From a bacterium UBP11_UBA4055 (lineage in GTDB: Bacteria; UBA4055), in NCBI GenBank assembly GCA_002382735.1, contig DFZN01000043.1:35543-99542 (forward strand): a DNA stretch of 64,000 nucleotides, written 5' to 3'. Positions 55,791-64,000 of the stretch are shown in pieces. The notes under the pieces were generated by a model. That model had not been told where the DNA came from. It made no database searches and was given only the letters and a program-made list of their open reading frames with translations. Each line of letters opens with the position of its first letter. Position 1 is the first letter of the stretch. Position numbers and translations under genes: made by a program.

Positions 55791-56723
55791 ATGGAACGCG
55801 TGTTAATGACAGAATTATCAGTGAACATAGGCGGAGGCATAACTCTTAAAAACCCGGTACTGACAGCATCAGGGACTTTCGGGTACGGTGAGGAATTTGC
55901 CGAGCTGTACGACCTTTCCGCGCTGGGAGGCATCGTGACGAAGGCGATAACTCCTGAAGTGAGGATCGGAAATCTTATGCCGAGAATAGCTGAGACGGAG
56001 TTCGGGATGCTCAACTCGATCGGGCTGGCGAATGTGGGGCTCGATGAATTTCTTGAAAAGAAAATACCCGTGATCAGAACTCTGAACACCGTCGTGATAG
56101 TGAATGTGGCGGGAAAAGAGCTGAAGGACTATGTGAAAGTAGCCGAAGCTCTGAACGATATCGACTGCATTGACGGGATCGAGGTGAACATTTCCTGCCC
56201 GAATGTGAAGGAGGGCGGGGTGGCTTTCGGGACGGACCCGAAGGTGGCCGCGGAGGTGACGAGAGAGGTGAGGAAGGTTTACTCAAAGCATATTATGGTC
56301 AAACTTTCACCGAATGTCACCGACATTACCGCAATAGCGAAGGCGGCGGAAGGCGAGGGCGCCGATTCCTTATCCCTGATCAACACGCTCTTCGGGATGG
56401 CGATCGACCTGAAAACTTTCAGGCCGAAGATAAAGTCCGTAGTGGCCGGATACAGCGGACCGGCTATAAAACCTGTGGCGCTACAGGCCGTTTACAAATG
56501 CTCGAAAGCCGTAAAGATCCCGCTGATCGGAATGGGCGGAATATATACAGCTGAAGATGTGATCGAGTTCATTCTCGCAGGAGCCACCGCGATACAGGTC
56601 GGAACGGCGAACTTCACAAACCCTCTGTCCGCTAAAACTATAGCCGAAGGAGTGAGAGAATTTATTGAAGAAAGAAATATCTCAGATATAAAAAGCCTCA
56701 TCGGAGGAATGATAATTGACTAA
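55791..56723 (+). CDS. pyrD: Dihydroorotate dehydrogenase, family 1B catalytic subunit
   Basis: KNPVLTASGTFG, MLNSIGLAN, NISCPN, KLSPNV, SGPAIKP; start may be 55806. Confidence 0.96.
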   Translation: MERVLMTELSVNIGGGITLKNPVLTASGTFGYGEEFAELYDLSALGGIVTKAITPEVRIGNLMPRIAETEFGMLNSIGLANVGLDEFLEKKIPVIRTLNTVVIVNVAGKELKDYVKVAEALNDIDCIDGIEVNISCPNVKEGGVAFGTDPKVAAEVTREVRKVYSKHIMVKLSPNVTDITAIAKAAEGEGADSLSLINTLFGMAIDLKTFRPKIKSVVAGYSGPAIKPVALQAVYKCSKAVKIPLIGMGGIYTAEDVIEFILAGATAIQVGTANFTNPLSAKTIAEGVREFIEERNISDIKSLIGGMIID

Positions 56724-57906
56724 TTACGACGACAGATATCTGAAAAGGGGCGTGAGCGCCTCAAAATCAGAGGTCCACGACTCGATAAAGAACGCGGACA
56801 GAGGGCTTTTTCCCGGAGCGTTCTGCAAGATCATCGAAGATGTTCTGGGCGGAGACGACGCCTTCTGCAACATCATGCACGCCGACGGCGCGGGAACCAA
56901 ATCTTCGCTGGCCTACATCTACTACAGGGAGACCGGCGATATCAGCGTGTTCCGCGGCATAGCCCAGGACTCTCTGGTCATGAATGTTGACGATGTGATA
57001 GCCGCGGGAGCCGTATCGAACATGCTGTTCTCGAACACGATCGGGCGGAACAAGCACCTTATACCCGGAGAAGTGATAAAAGAAATCATCGCCGGCTACG
57101 AAGAAATGATAGCGATGCTTAACGACAACGGCGTCGGCATCCGGTCCTGCGGCGGCGAGACCGCTGATGTGGGCGATCTCGTCAAGACCGTCATCGCCGA
57201 TTCCACCATAGCGGTCAGGATGAAGCGGGCTGATGTTATTGACAACTCGAACATCGCGCCCGAGGATGTGATCGTAGCCCTCGCGAGCCACGGACAGGCT
57301 GCATACGAGAAGCACTATAATGCCGGAATCGGCTCGAACGGACTGACCTCCGCAAGGCACGATGTATTCACAAAGATATATATGGACAAATATCCCGAGT
57401 CATTTGCGGACAAGACCCCCGCCGACTATGTTTACTGCGGGAAATATAACCTGACGGACGATTTCGGGCACGGCGGGCTGACCGTGGGACAGGCCGTCCT
57501 CTCGCCCACCAGAACTTACGCGCCGGTGCTGAAAAAGGTCTTCGACGAGATCGGAAGAAAGAACATCCACGGCATAGTTCACAATTCAGGCGGCGGACAG
57601 GTCAAATGCAGAAGCTTCGGCAGAGGAGTTGTTTATGTCAAGGATTCAATGATGGACATACCTCCGTTGTTCGAGCTGATAAGATCATCTTCCGGAACAG
57701 ACTATCCCGAAATGTATCAGGTCTTCAACATGGGTTCGCGCATGGAAGTTATCCTGCCTGAAAGATATGCCGAAGAGGTAATGTCGGTCGCCGGGTCGTT
57801 CAATATAGACTCAAAAGTCATAGGATTCGTAGATAAAAATCCGGACAGTTGTGAAAGCAACAGGGTCATCATCACTGCGCCCGACGGAAGAAAGATCGAA
57901 TATTAG
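56716..57906 (+). CDS. purM: AIR synthase (PurM, Bacteroidota-type)
   Basis: RGVSASK, AFCKI, HADGAGTK, GETAD, SNGLTSARH, FNMG. Confidence 0.9.
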   Translation: MTNYDDRYLKRGVSASKSEVHDSIKNADRGLFPGAFCKIIEDVLGGDDAFCNIMHADGAGTKSSLAYIYYRETGDISVFRGIAQDSLVMNVDDVIAAGAVSNMLFSNTIGRNKHLIPGEVIKEIIAGYEEMIAMLNDNGVGIRSCGGETADVGDLVKTVIADSTIAVRMKRADVIDNSNIAPEDVIVALASHGQAAYEKHYNAGIGSNGLTSARHDVFTKIYMDKYPESFADKTPADYVYCGKYNLTDDFGHGGLTVGQAVLSPTRTYAPVLKKVFDEIGRKNIHGIVHNSGGGQVKCRSFGRGVVYVKDSMMDIPPLFELIRSSSGTDYPEMYQVFNMGSRMEVILPERYAEEVMSVAGSFNIDSKVIGFVDKNPDSCESNRVIITAPDGRKIEY

Positions 57907-57912
57907 GAATTT

Positions 57913-58500
57913 ATGCACATTAACGAAAGGAACATAATTTTAGCCTCAAAGTCGCCCAGAAGAAAAGAACTTCTTGAAAATATCGGGCTCAAATTTTCTG
58001 TAAAACCTGCAGAGATAGAGGAGGTTCACAGAGGAGCTGAGAGTTTCGGCGATATCGTGATCGACCTGGCCGAGCAGAAAGGGGAAGCCGTAAAAGTGCT
58101 CATGTTCCACGAAAGGCTGATAATCGCTTCGGACACGATTGTTGTGATAAACGGACAGATATTGAATAAACCTGACGACAGGGATCACGCATTCGAAATG
58201 CTGAGGACTTTAAGCGGAAATGTTCACAGCGTATTCACTTCGCTCTATGTTTCCGACGCCTATAAGAACGCCGTTGTAAAAGAGTTTACAGAAACTAAGG
58301 TCGAGTTCTTTCAAATGACCGGCGAACAGATAAACGCTTATCTCGACACTCACGAACCTTTCGACAAGGCGGGAGCATACGGCATTCAGGGCTACGGATC
58401 GAAGTTCATCAAAAAGATCGACGGCTGTTTCTTTTCAGTTATGGGATTTCCCGTTCCGCTTTTCTCGCAGAAAATGTACGAACTGGGGTATGCTCTATGA
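57913..58500 (+). CDS. maf: Maf nucleoside-triphosphate pyrophosphatase
   Basis: ILASKSPRRKELL, SDTIV, KP, DKAGAYGIQG, VMGFP. Confidence 0.96.
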   Translation: MHINERNIILASKSPRRKELLENIGLKFSVKPAEIEEVHRGAESFGDIVIDLAEQKGEAVKVLMFHERLIIASDTIVVINGQILNKPDDRDHAFEMLRTLSGNVHSVFTSLYVSDAYKNAVVKEFTETKVEFFQMTGEQINAYLDTHEPFDKAGAYGIQGYGSKFIKKIDGCFFSVMGFPVPLFSQKMYELGYAL

Positions 58501-59723
58501 TGAAATGTTTTTTACTTGCAATTCTTACCTGCCTGTCGGTGTCGGTGACTCAGGATATAGTTTTTAAAGACAGGGTCGTTACCATGAAATGTACGGGAAT
58601 ATCCTTCATGGGCTCCGGTATTACAATTGACGATGCCAAGAAATTCGCGGTCAATGACGCAAAAAGGAACGCTTTGGAAAGGGCGGGCACCTACCTTGCA
58701 TCCCGCATTATATTAAAAGACCATACGGTCACAGAGGACGAGATCGAGACCTATACGGCGGGAATACTGAAAACAGAGATCGTATCTGCTGTGAACAAAC
58801 TGGTCGAAGGCACTTTTGCTGTCGAAGTAGTGATAGAGGCGAAGATAGACACGAAATTTCTCGAAGACAGGCTGAACAGAGTTCCGAATGATGCCCAGCT
58901 GAGAAAGATGCTCGAAGAGCAGAAAAAACTGAACGACAAACTGACAAAGGAAATATCCGATCTGAGGAAAACGAAGACCGGCAAGGCTGAAAGAAGCCGT
59001 GACATAGCCAGATCTTTGGAGGCTGCGGACTGGTTCGATAAGGGCTTTAAGTCACAGGAGGCCGGAAAATATATTGACGCTCTTGTCCACTACGGAAAAG
59101 CCATCCAGCTTGATCCGGAAATAGCCCAGATATACAATAACAGAGGCCTCGTCTATTATTTTATGGATGATTTTGCGAATGCGGAGAGTAATTTCGATAA
59201 AGCTCTTGAACTTGATCCCGGACTTGCAATGGCCTATAATAACAAAGCTGTTCTAAGCTACGAGAGAAGAGACTTCACCGGTGCGATCGCGTATTTCAAT
59301 CAGGTGCTCTCACTGGATCCTAAGCTTGAGCAAACCTATTTCAACAGAGCTTTCGCATATCACAAGATCGGGAGCAGCGAATTATGCATAAAGGACCTTG
59401 AAGAATATCTGAGACTGGCCGGGAACAAGAACGGCGACGAGAACAGGATAAAGAATTTTATTAAAGACCTGAAGGAACCCAAACCGGTCGAGGCTGAACC
59501 TGTTTACTGCAAGGTGCCGGATCTTTATTACTTGAGCCCGTGCACTGCTGAAAAAAAGCTGAAGGAAGCCGGACTGATGCTTGGAGTGACATACAGAATA
59601 ACCGATATTGATAAAGGGTTCGACAGGGTGATAGGCCAGTCTGTTCCGGCCGGGAATGAACTTGAAGCCGGATCCGCAGTTGACATTACCGTCAATGTCG
59701 AAGCCGAAGACGAAGGCTGGTAG
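58497..59723 (+). CDS. Exported TPR protein with C-terminal PASTA-like domain
   Basis: Signal peptide, coiled coil, 4-5 TPRs (YNNRG), VPDL...VIGQSVPAG. Confidence 0.85.
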   Translation: MMKCFLLAILTCLSVSVTQDIVFKDRVVTMKCTGISFMGSGITIDDAKKFAVNDAKRNALERAGTYLASRIILKDHTVTEDEIETYTAGILKTEIVSAVNKLVEGTFAVEVVIEAKIDTKFLEDRLNRVPNDAQLRKMLEEQKKLNDKLTKEISDLRKTKTGKAERSRDIARSLEAADWFDKGFKSQEAGKYIDALVHYGKAIQLDPEIAQIYNNRGLVYYFMDDFANAESNFDKALELDPGLAMAYNNKAVLSYERRDFTGAIAYFNQVLSLDPKLEQTYFNRAFAYHKIGSSELCIKDLEEYLRLAGNKNGDENRIKNFIKDLKEPKPVEAEPVYCKVPDLYYLSPCTAEKKLKEAGLMLGVTYRITDIDKGFDRVIGQSVPAGNELEAGSAVDITVNVEAEDEGW

Positions 59724-59736
59724 AAGGGAGGAATGT

Positions 59737-60252
59737 ATGATATATGAATACAAAGGATTTAAACCTGAAATAGACGAAAGCGTTTTCGTGGCGCCCTCCG
59801 CCGATGTGATAGGCAGAGTGACGATAGGAAAGAACTCGAGCGTATGGTTCAACGCCACCGTGCGTGCCGACGAGGACGATGTGATAATAGGCGAGAACTC
59901 GAACATACAGGATAACTGCTGCCTGCACCAGACGAAAGGCTATCCTCTTGTGATAGGCAATAATGTGATAGCAGGCCACAGTGTGACCCTCCACGGGTGC
60001 AGGATAGGCGATAACACGCTTATCGGCATGGGCGCGACCGTGCTTGACGACGCCAAGATCGGCAGATGCTGTATCGTCGCCGCGGGATCTGTCGTGCTGG
60101 AGCACAAGAGCTTCCCGGATTTTTCTCTCATCGCGGGAGTGCCTGCGAAAGTGATAAAACAGCTTCCGGCAGAAACTGAGGAGAAATTCGCTCACCATGC
60201 GGAAAGCTATGTGAGATACGCAAGTGAATACATGAATGAAATGAATAAATAA
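59737..60252 (+). CDS. Gamma carbonic anhydrase family protein
   Basis: Hexapeptide repeats, NIQDNCCLH, GHSVTLHG, LIGMGA; start 59737 (SD GGAGG). Confidence 0.93.
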   Translation: MIYEYKGFKPEIDESVFVAPSADVIGRVTIGKNSSVWFNATVRADEDDVIIGENSNIQDNCCLHQTKGYPLVIGNNVIAGHSVTLHGCRIGDNTLIGMGATVLDDAKIGRCCIVAAGSVVLEHKSFPDFSLIAGVPAKVIKQLPAETEEKFAHHAESYVRYASEYMNEMNK

Positions 60253-60269
60253 CATAAACAGGAGAAACG

Positions 60270-62360
60270 ATGTTTTTTTCAAAAAAGATGATGCTGGGCG
60301 GAAAGGAATTGATCCTCGAATCCGGAAAAATGGCCAGACAGGCTAACGGCGCTGCCGTAGTAAAATACGGCGACAATATGCTGCTTGTTACGATCTGCGC
60401 GCAGAAAACACCTGCAGTGGGATTTGACTTCTTCCCGATGACTGTAGAGTACAAAGAAAAAATGTATGCCGCCGGTAAATTCCCCGGCGGATTTATTAAA
60501 AGAGAATCCAGACCTTCGAATAACGAGATCTTAAGCGCAAGGATCATCGACAGACCGATAAGGCCTTTGTTCCCTGAAGGCTTTAACAATGAAGTTCAGA
60601 TAATGTGCAGTGTTCTTTCCTCAGACGGAGAGATCGCGATGGATGTTTTCGGTATAATCGGAACCTCGCTTGCCGTAAACCTCTCCGACATACCTTTTTC
60701 CGAGCCGGTCTCTGCGGTAAGGGTCGGCAGGCTCAACGGCGAATTTATAGCCAATCCTACGGTAAAGCAGATTAAAGAATGCGATATCGAGCTTGTAATA
60801 AGCGGCGGAAAAGGATTCATTTCAATGGTCGAGGGAGAATCAAAAGAAGTGAGCGAAGATGATCTGCTGCAGGCTGTTCAGTTCGGTCAGAAGATAATTG
60901 ATGAGATCTGTGATTTTCAGGCTGAGATCGTAAAGGAATTCGGAAAACCGAAATTCGAATATACGGTACCTGAAATATCAAAAGAACTGATAGAAAAAGT
61001 GACTTCGCTTTCCGAAAGCAAGACCCATGAATTCACAAAGATCAAGATAAAGGAGGACAGGAATGAAGCGAGAAGACTTCTTTATGCGGATGTAGTCGAT
61101 GCTCTTGAGGACGAATTCCCGGAAGACGAAAAACATTTCGTTACGGTAATGCACGATCTCGAAAAAGATATCGTAAGAAAGAACATAATTAAAAATCAGG
61201 TCAGAATTGACGGCAGAAAACCGGATCAGATCAGGCAGATCACCTGCGAACTCGATATACTGCCGAGAGTTCACGGCTCAGCACTTTTTACAAGAGGCGA
61301 AACGCAGAGTTTGGGCGTCTGTACGCTCGGAGGTGATTCCGACACTCAGACCGTCGAGAACATCTATGAAAATGAAGAGCAGAAATTTTATCTTCACTAC
61401 AACTTCCCTCCTTTCTCTGTTGGAGAAGTAAAAAGAATTACAGGCGTTTCGAGAAGAGAGATAGGCCACGGGAATCTGGCGGAAAGATCTTTCAAACCTG
61501 TTCTGCCGGCGGAAGAGGACTTCCCTTACACGATCAGGCTGGTGTCCGAGATTCTTGAATCCAACGGATCGTCCTCAATGGCGTCCGTATGTTCGAACTC
61601 AATGGCGATGATGGCTGCCGGAGTTCCTGTCAAAAAGCAGGTCGCGGGAATTGCGATGGGTCTGATAAAAGAGGGCGATGATGTCGTTATTCTTTCCGAT
61701 ATACTCGGAGATGAGGACCATCTTGGAGATATGGACTTCAAAGTTACGGGGACAGAAGACGGAATCTGCGCATATCAGATGGACATCAAGATACAGGGTA
61801 TCTCGATTGACATTATGAAAAGAGCTCTGGAACAGGCTAAACAGGGAAGAAAACACATTCTAGGAATCATGAACGAAGCGATATCCAAACCTAGGCCGGA
61901 GCTCTCCGAACACGCTCCGAGGATCCTTAATTTCAAGATCGCGGCCGATGAGATCGGACTGTTCGTGGGACCGGGCGGAAAGAACATTAAGGGGATTATC
62001 GCCGAATTCGGCGTAAAGATCGATGTTGACGATAACGGTTTTATAAAGATCCTTTCCGACGGCGAGAACGGCGAAGCAGCCCTCAAACATATACAGGCGA
62101 TGTTCGCAAAACCTGAAGTCGGCACGGTCTATGAAGGGGTTGTGAGAGGAGTTAAACCTTTCGGCGTCTTCGTGGAGATAATGCCCAGGATCGAAGGCCT
62201 CGTACATGTTTCTGAACTTTCACTCGAGAGGATCGATAATGTGGAGGCTCATTTCAAAATGGGCGACAAAATGAAAGTAAAATATATCGGGACAGACAAA
62301 GAGGGCAGGATCAAGCTTGTTAGAAAGGAACTTCTGAAAGCTGAAGCCGAAAAAAAATAA
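60270..62360 (+). CDS. pnp: Polyribonucleotide nucleotidyltransferase
   Basis: DFFPMTVEY, RPIRPLFP, RREIGHG, ESNGSSSMAS, DHLGDMDFK, KH and S1 domains. Confidence 0.99.
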   Translation: MFFSKKMMLGGKELILESGKMARQANGAAVVKYGDNMLLVTICAQKTPAVGFDFFPMTVEYKEKMYAAGKFPGGFIKRESRPSNNEILSARIIDRPIRPLFPEGFNNEVQIMCSVLSSDGEIAMDVFGIIGTSLAVNLSDIPFSEPVSAVRVGRLNGEFIANPTVKQIKECDIELVISGGKGFISMVEGESKEVSEDDLLQAVQFGQKIIDEICDFQAEIVKEFGKPKFEYTVPEISKELIEKVTSLSESKTHEFTKIKIKEDRNEARRLLYADVVDALEDEFPEDEKHFVTVMHDLEKDIVRKNIIKNQVRIDGRKPDQIRQITCELDILPRVHGSALFTRGETQSLGVCTLGGDSDTQTVENIYENEEQKFYLHYNFPPFSVGEVKRITGVSRREIGHGNLAERSFKPVLPAEEDFPYTIRLVSEILESNGSSSMASVCSNSMAMMAAGVPVKKQVAGIAMGLIKEGDDVVILSDILGDEDHLGDMDFKVTGTEDGICAYQMDIKIQGISIDIMKRALEQAKQGRKHILGIMNEAISKPRPELSEHAPRILNFKIAADEIGLFVGPGGKNIKGIIAEFGVKIDVDDNGFIKILSDGENGEAALKHIQAMFAKPEVGTVYEGVVRGVKPFGVFVEIMPRIEGLVHVSELSLERIDNVEAHFKMGDKMKVKYIGTDKEGRIKLVRKELLKAEAEKK

Positions 62361-62396
62361 GATCAATTCTCCGTATAAATTTAAGGCGGGATCGTA

Positions 62397-64000
62397 ATGG
62401 ATGAACCGAATACTATAAGAAAACTAAGGGCAATAATGTTCTCCGACATCGTCGGATATACAAAGATGATGCAGAACAACGAGTCTGAATCTCTTAAACT
62501 GCTCCAGAAGCACAAGGATATCGTGACAGAGATATCCGCCAAATACGGCGGAAAGATCATAAAGCATATCGGGGACGAGATACTTGTGGAGTCTGAAAGC
62601 GCGGTCATGCTTGTATATTGCGCCAAGGAGCTTCAGAAGTATTTTGCCGACAGGAACGCCACGGTACCGAAATCGAGGGAACTGTCGGTCAGGATAGGCA
62701 TCCACATCGGGGATGTGATCATAAAGGATGACGACATCTTCGGCGACGGGGTCAATATAGCCTCAAGAATAAGGCCTCTGGCTCAGCCCGGGGGTATAGT
62801 GATTACTCATTCTGTTCTGATTCTTCTCGGCAATCAGGACGATATAAAGTGTGAGCTTATCGGGAACAAGAGACTCAAGAACATAAAGGAAAAAATTAAG
62901 GTCTATCAGGTACTGACCGATGCTGAAATTTCACATTCGCCCGGCAGAAAATCCTCCGGCAGAAGCATGAATATCGACACTCTTTTAAAATTCGTCCTCC
63001 CTGCTTTCGGAACGACTCTCTTTCTCATACTGCTTATGTTCGTGTTCTTCTTCGATCACTTCACAGATTTCGAGGAAAACTACTTCAGGTCAGAATACTC
63101 AGAAGCGAGAGAGATCACAAAAGGTCTCAGAAGCGAAAAAAATATCAAATCGAACTATTACAATATCATGTCGGCGGATAGTGAGGAAGGCAAAGAGATA
63201 CTTTCATACTACTCCGATATGTACTCAAAAAACCCCGACGATCCCAAAAAGGCTTTATATCTTGCTCTGTCATATTTCAGGTTCCATTCCGACAGAAATC
63301 AGCTTGACAGTTCTTATATTCTGATGAAAAAAGCGTCTGATTCAGGTCTAAAAAGCATTTACCTCGAGTTTTTCCGGCTCGACCTGTTCAGCAGGCTTAA
63401 CATCAGGACCGCGTGTAACAGAACCGCAGAACTGCTGGCTGAAGAGTATTCTGACGATCCTATGAGTTTCGTAAAGATAGGAGATGCTTATTCTTCGGTT
63501 CTGTCCGACAGGGTTAAAGCAGCCGAGATGTATCGCAGAGCGCTTGATATATATCCTGAAACCACCACAGCGTACAACGGTCTTGCACAGATCGAGTTCT
63601 CGCTTTCGAATGTCGAAAAGGCGAAAGCACTGTCGGACTCGGCGCTCATGATAAACTCTGGTGCTCAGAATTCCGCGGTTACCGCAATAGAGATAAGAAA
63701 AAGTCTTTCCGACTTTTCAGGCGCAAGAGAGATACTCCGGAAACTGCCGGAAAGTTCTGTCAGAAAATACACTGAATCAGCTAATGTATGCCTTCTTGAG
63801 AACGATCCTTCTTCGGCCCTGGGCCATATCAACAGCGGGCTCGATATGTTCCCGAACAGGACAGAGCTGGTGAGACTGCAGAGAGATATACAGAAAATGA
63901 TACTGATTTCAGATTCTATACAGCAGAAGGAAGCTTCTCTGTCAAGAGTAAAGAACAAATGGTACAGTTCGTGGGATGAAGCCGTACAGGCTTCTTTAAA
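62397..64000 (+). CDS. Class III adenylate cyclase - TM - TPR protein (runs off the right edge)
   Basis: Not in the ORF track. Manual translation gives AIMFSDIVGYT, IKHIGDE, RIGIHIGD, DIFGDGVNIASRI, then a TM helix and TPRs, open to the window end. Confidence 0.9.
   Translation, partial: MDEPNTIRKLRAIMFSDIVGYTKMMQNNESESLKLLQKHKDIVTEISAKYGGKIIKHIGDEILVESESAVMLVYCAKELQKYFADRNATVPKSRELSVRIGIHIGDVIIKDDDIFGDGVNIASRIRPLAQPGGIVITHSVLILLGNQDDIKCELIGNKRLKNIKEKIKVYQVLTDAEISHSPGRKSSGRSMNIDTLLKFVLPAFGTTLFLILLMFVFFFDHFTDFEENYFRSEYSEAREITKGLRSEKNIKSNYYNIMSADSEEGKEILSYYSDMYSKNPDDPKKALYLALSYFRFHSDRNQLDSSYILMKKASDSGLKSIYLEFFRLDLFSRLNIRTACNRTAELLAEEYSDDPMSFVKIGDAYSSVLSDRVKAAEMYRRALDIYPETTTAYNGLAQIEFSLSNVEKAKALSDSALMINSGAQNSAVTAIEIRKSLSDFSGAREILRKLPESSVRKYTESANVCLLENDPSSALGHINSGLDMFPNRTELVRLQRDIQKMILISDSIQQKEASLSRVKNKWYSSWDEAVQASL

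Overview
64 kb of a bacterial chromosome. T9SS-type C-terminal domains, a Bacteroidota-type PurM and an extended S16 suggest an FCB-group lineage, possibly Ca. Delongbacteria-like (inference, not verified). Left to right: (1) 1-4.97 kb, a Type I R-M operon (half-size hsdS, hsdM, dinD, truncated hsdS, hsdR) with several deletion scars, including an rhuM remnant. (2) 5.2-18.2 kb, housekeeping ffh-rpsP-rimM-trmD-rplS, smpB, a lipoprotein, a TPR protein, lon, Hsp20 and a 1254-aa Ser/Thr kinase-NTPase-TPR protein. (3) 18.2-29.65 kb, an uncharacterised biosynthetic/export cluster: stand-alone PqqD/RRE protein, ATP-grasp ligase, fold-III PLP decarboxylase, urea-transporter/M23 fusion, TPR+beta-barrel protein, TPR protein, acyl-CoA ligase, carrier protein and two alpha-oxoamine synthases. 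(4) 29.8-43.45 kb, an AT-rich, integrase-free defence island: MqsRA-like TA plus a third gene, a DUF4365-like nuclease pair, ImmA/IrrE+PIN, a 4TM-X-HEPN-kinase-TPR block, a Type IIG R-M enzyme and Fic. (5) 43.5-64 kb, prmA, an oxidoreductase, secreted S8/C10 proteases and modular proteins, tRNA-Leu(CAA), rsmE, a squalene-synthase-like gene, pyrD, purM, maf, gamma-CA, pnp and a partial adenylate cyclase. The best candidates for undescribed systems are the PqqD/ATP-grasp/PLP/ACP export cluster and several defence-island modules. All family assignments come from motif recognition by eye; no database searches were run. No CRISPR array, rRNA, integrase or transposase was seen.
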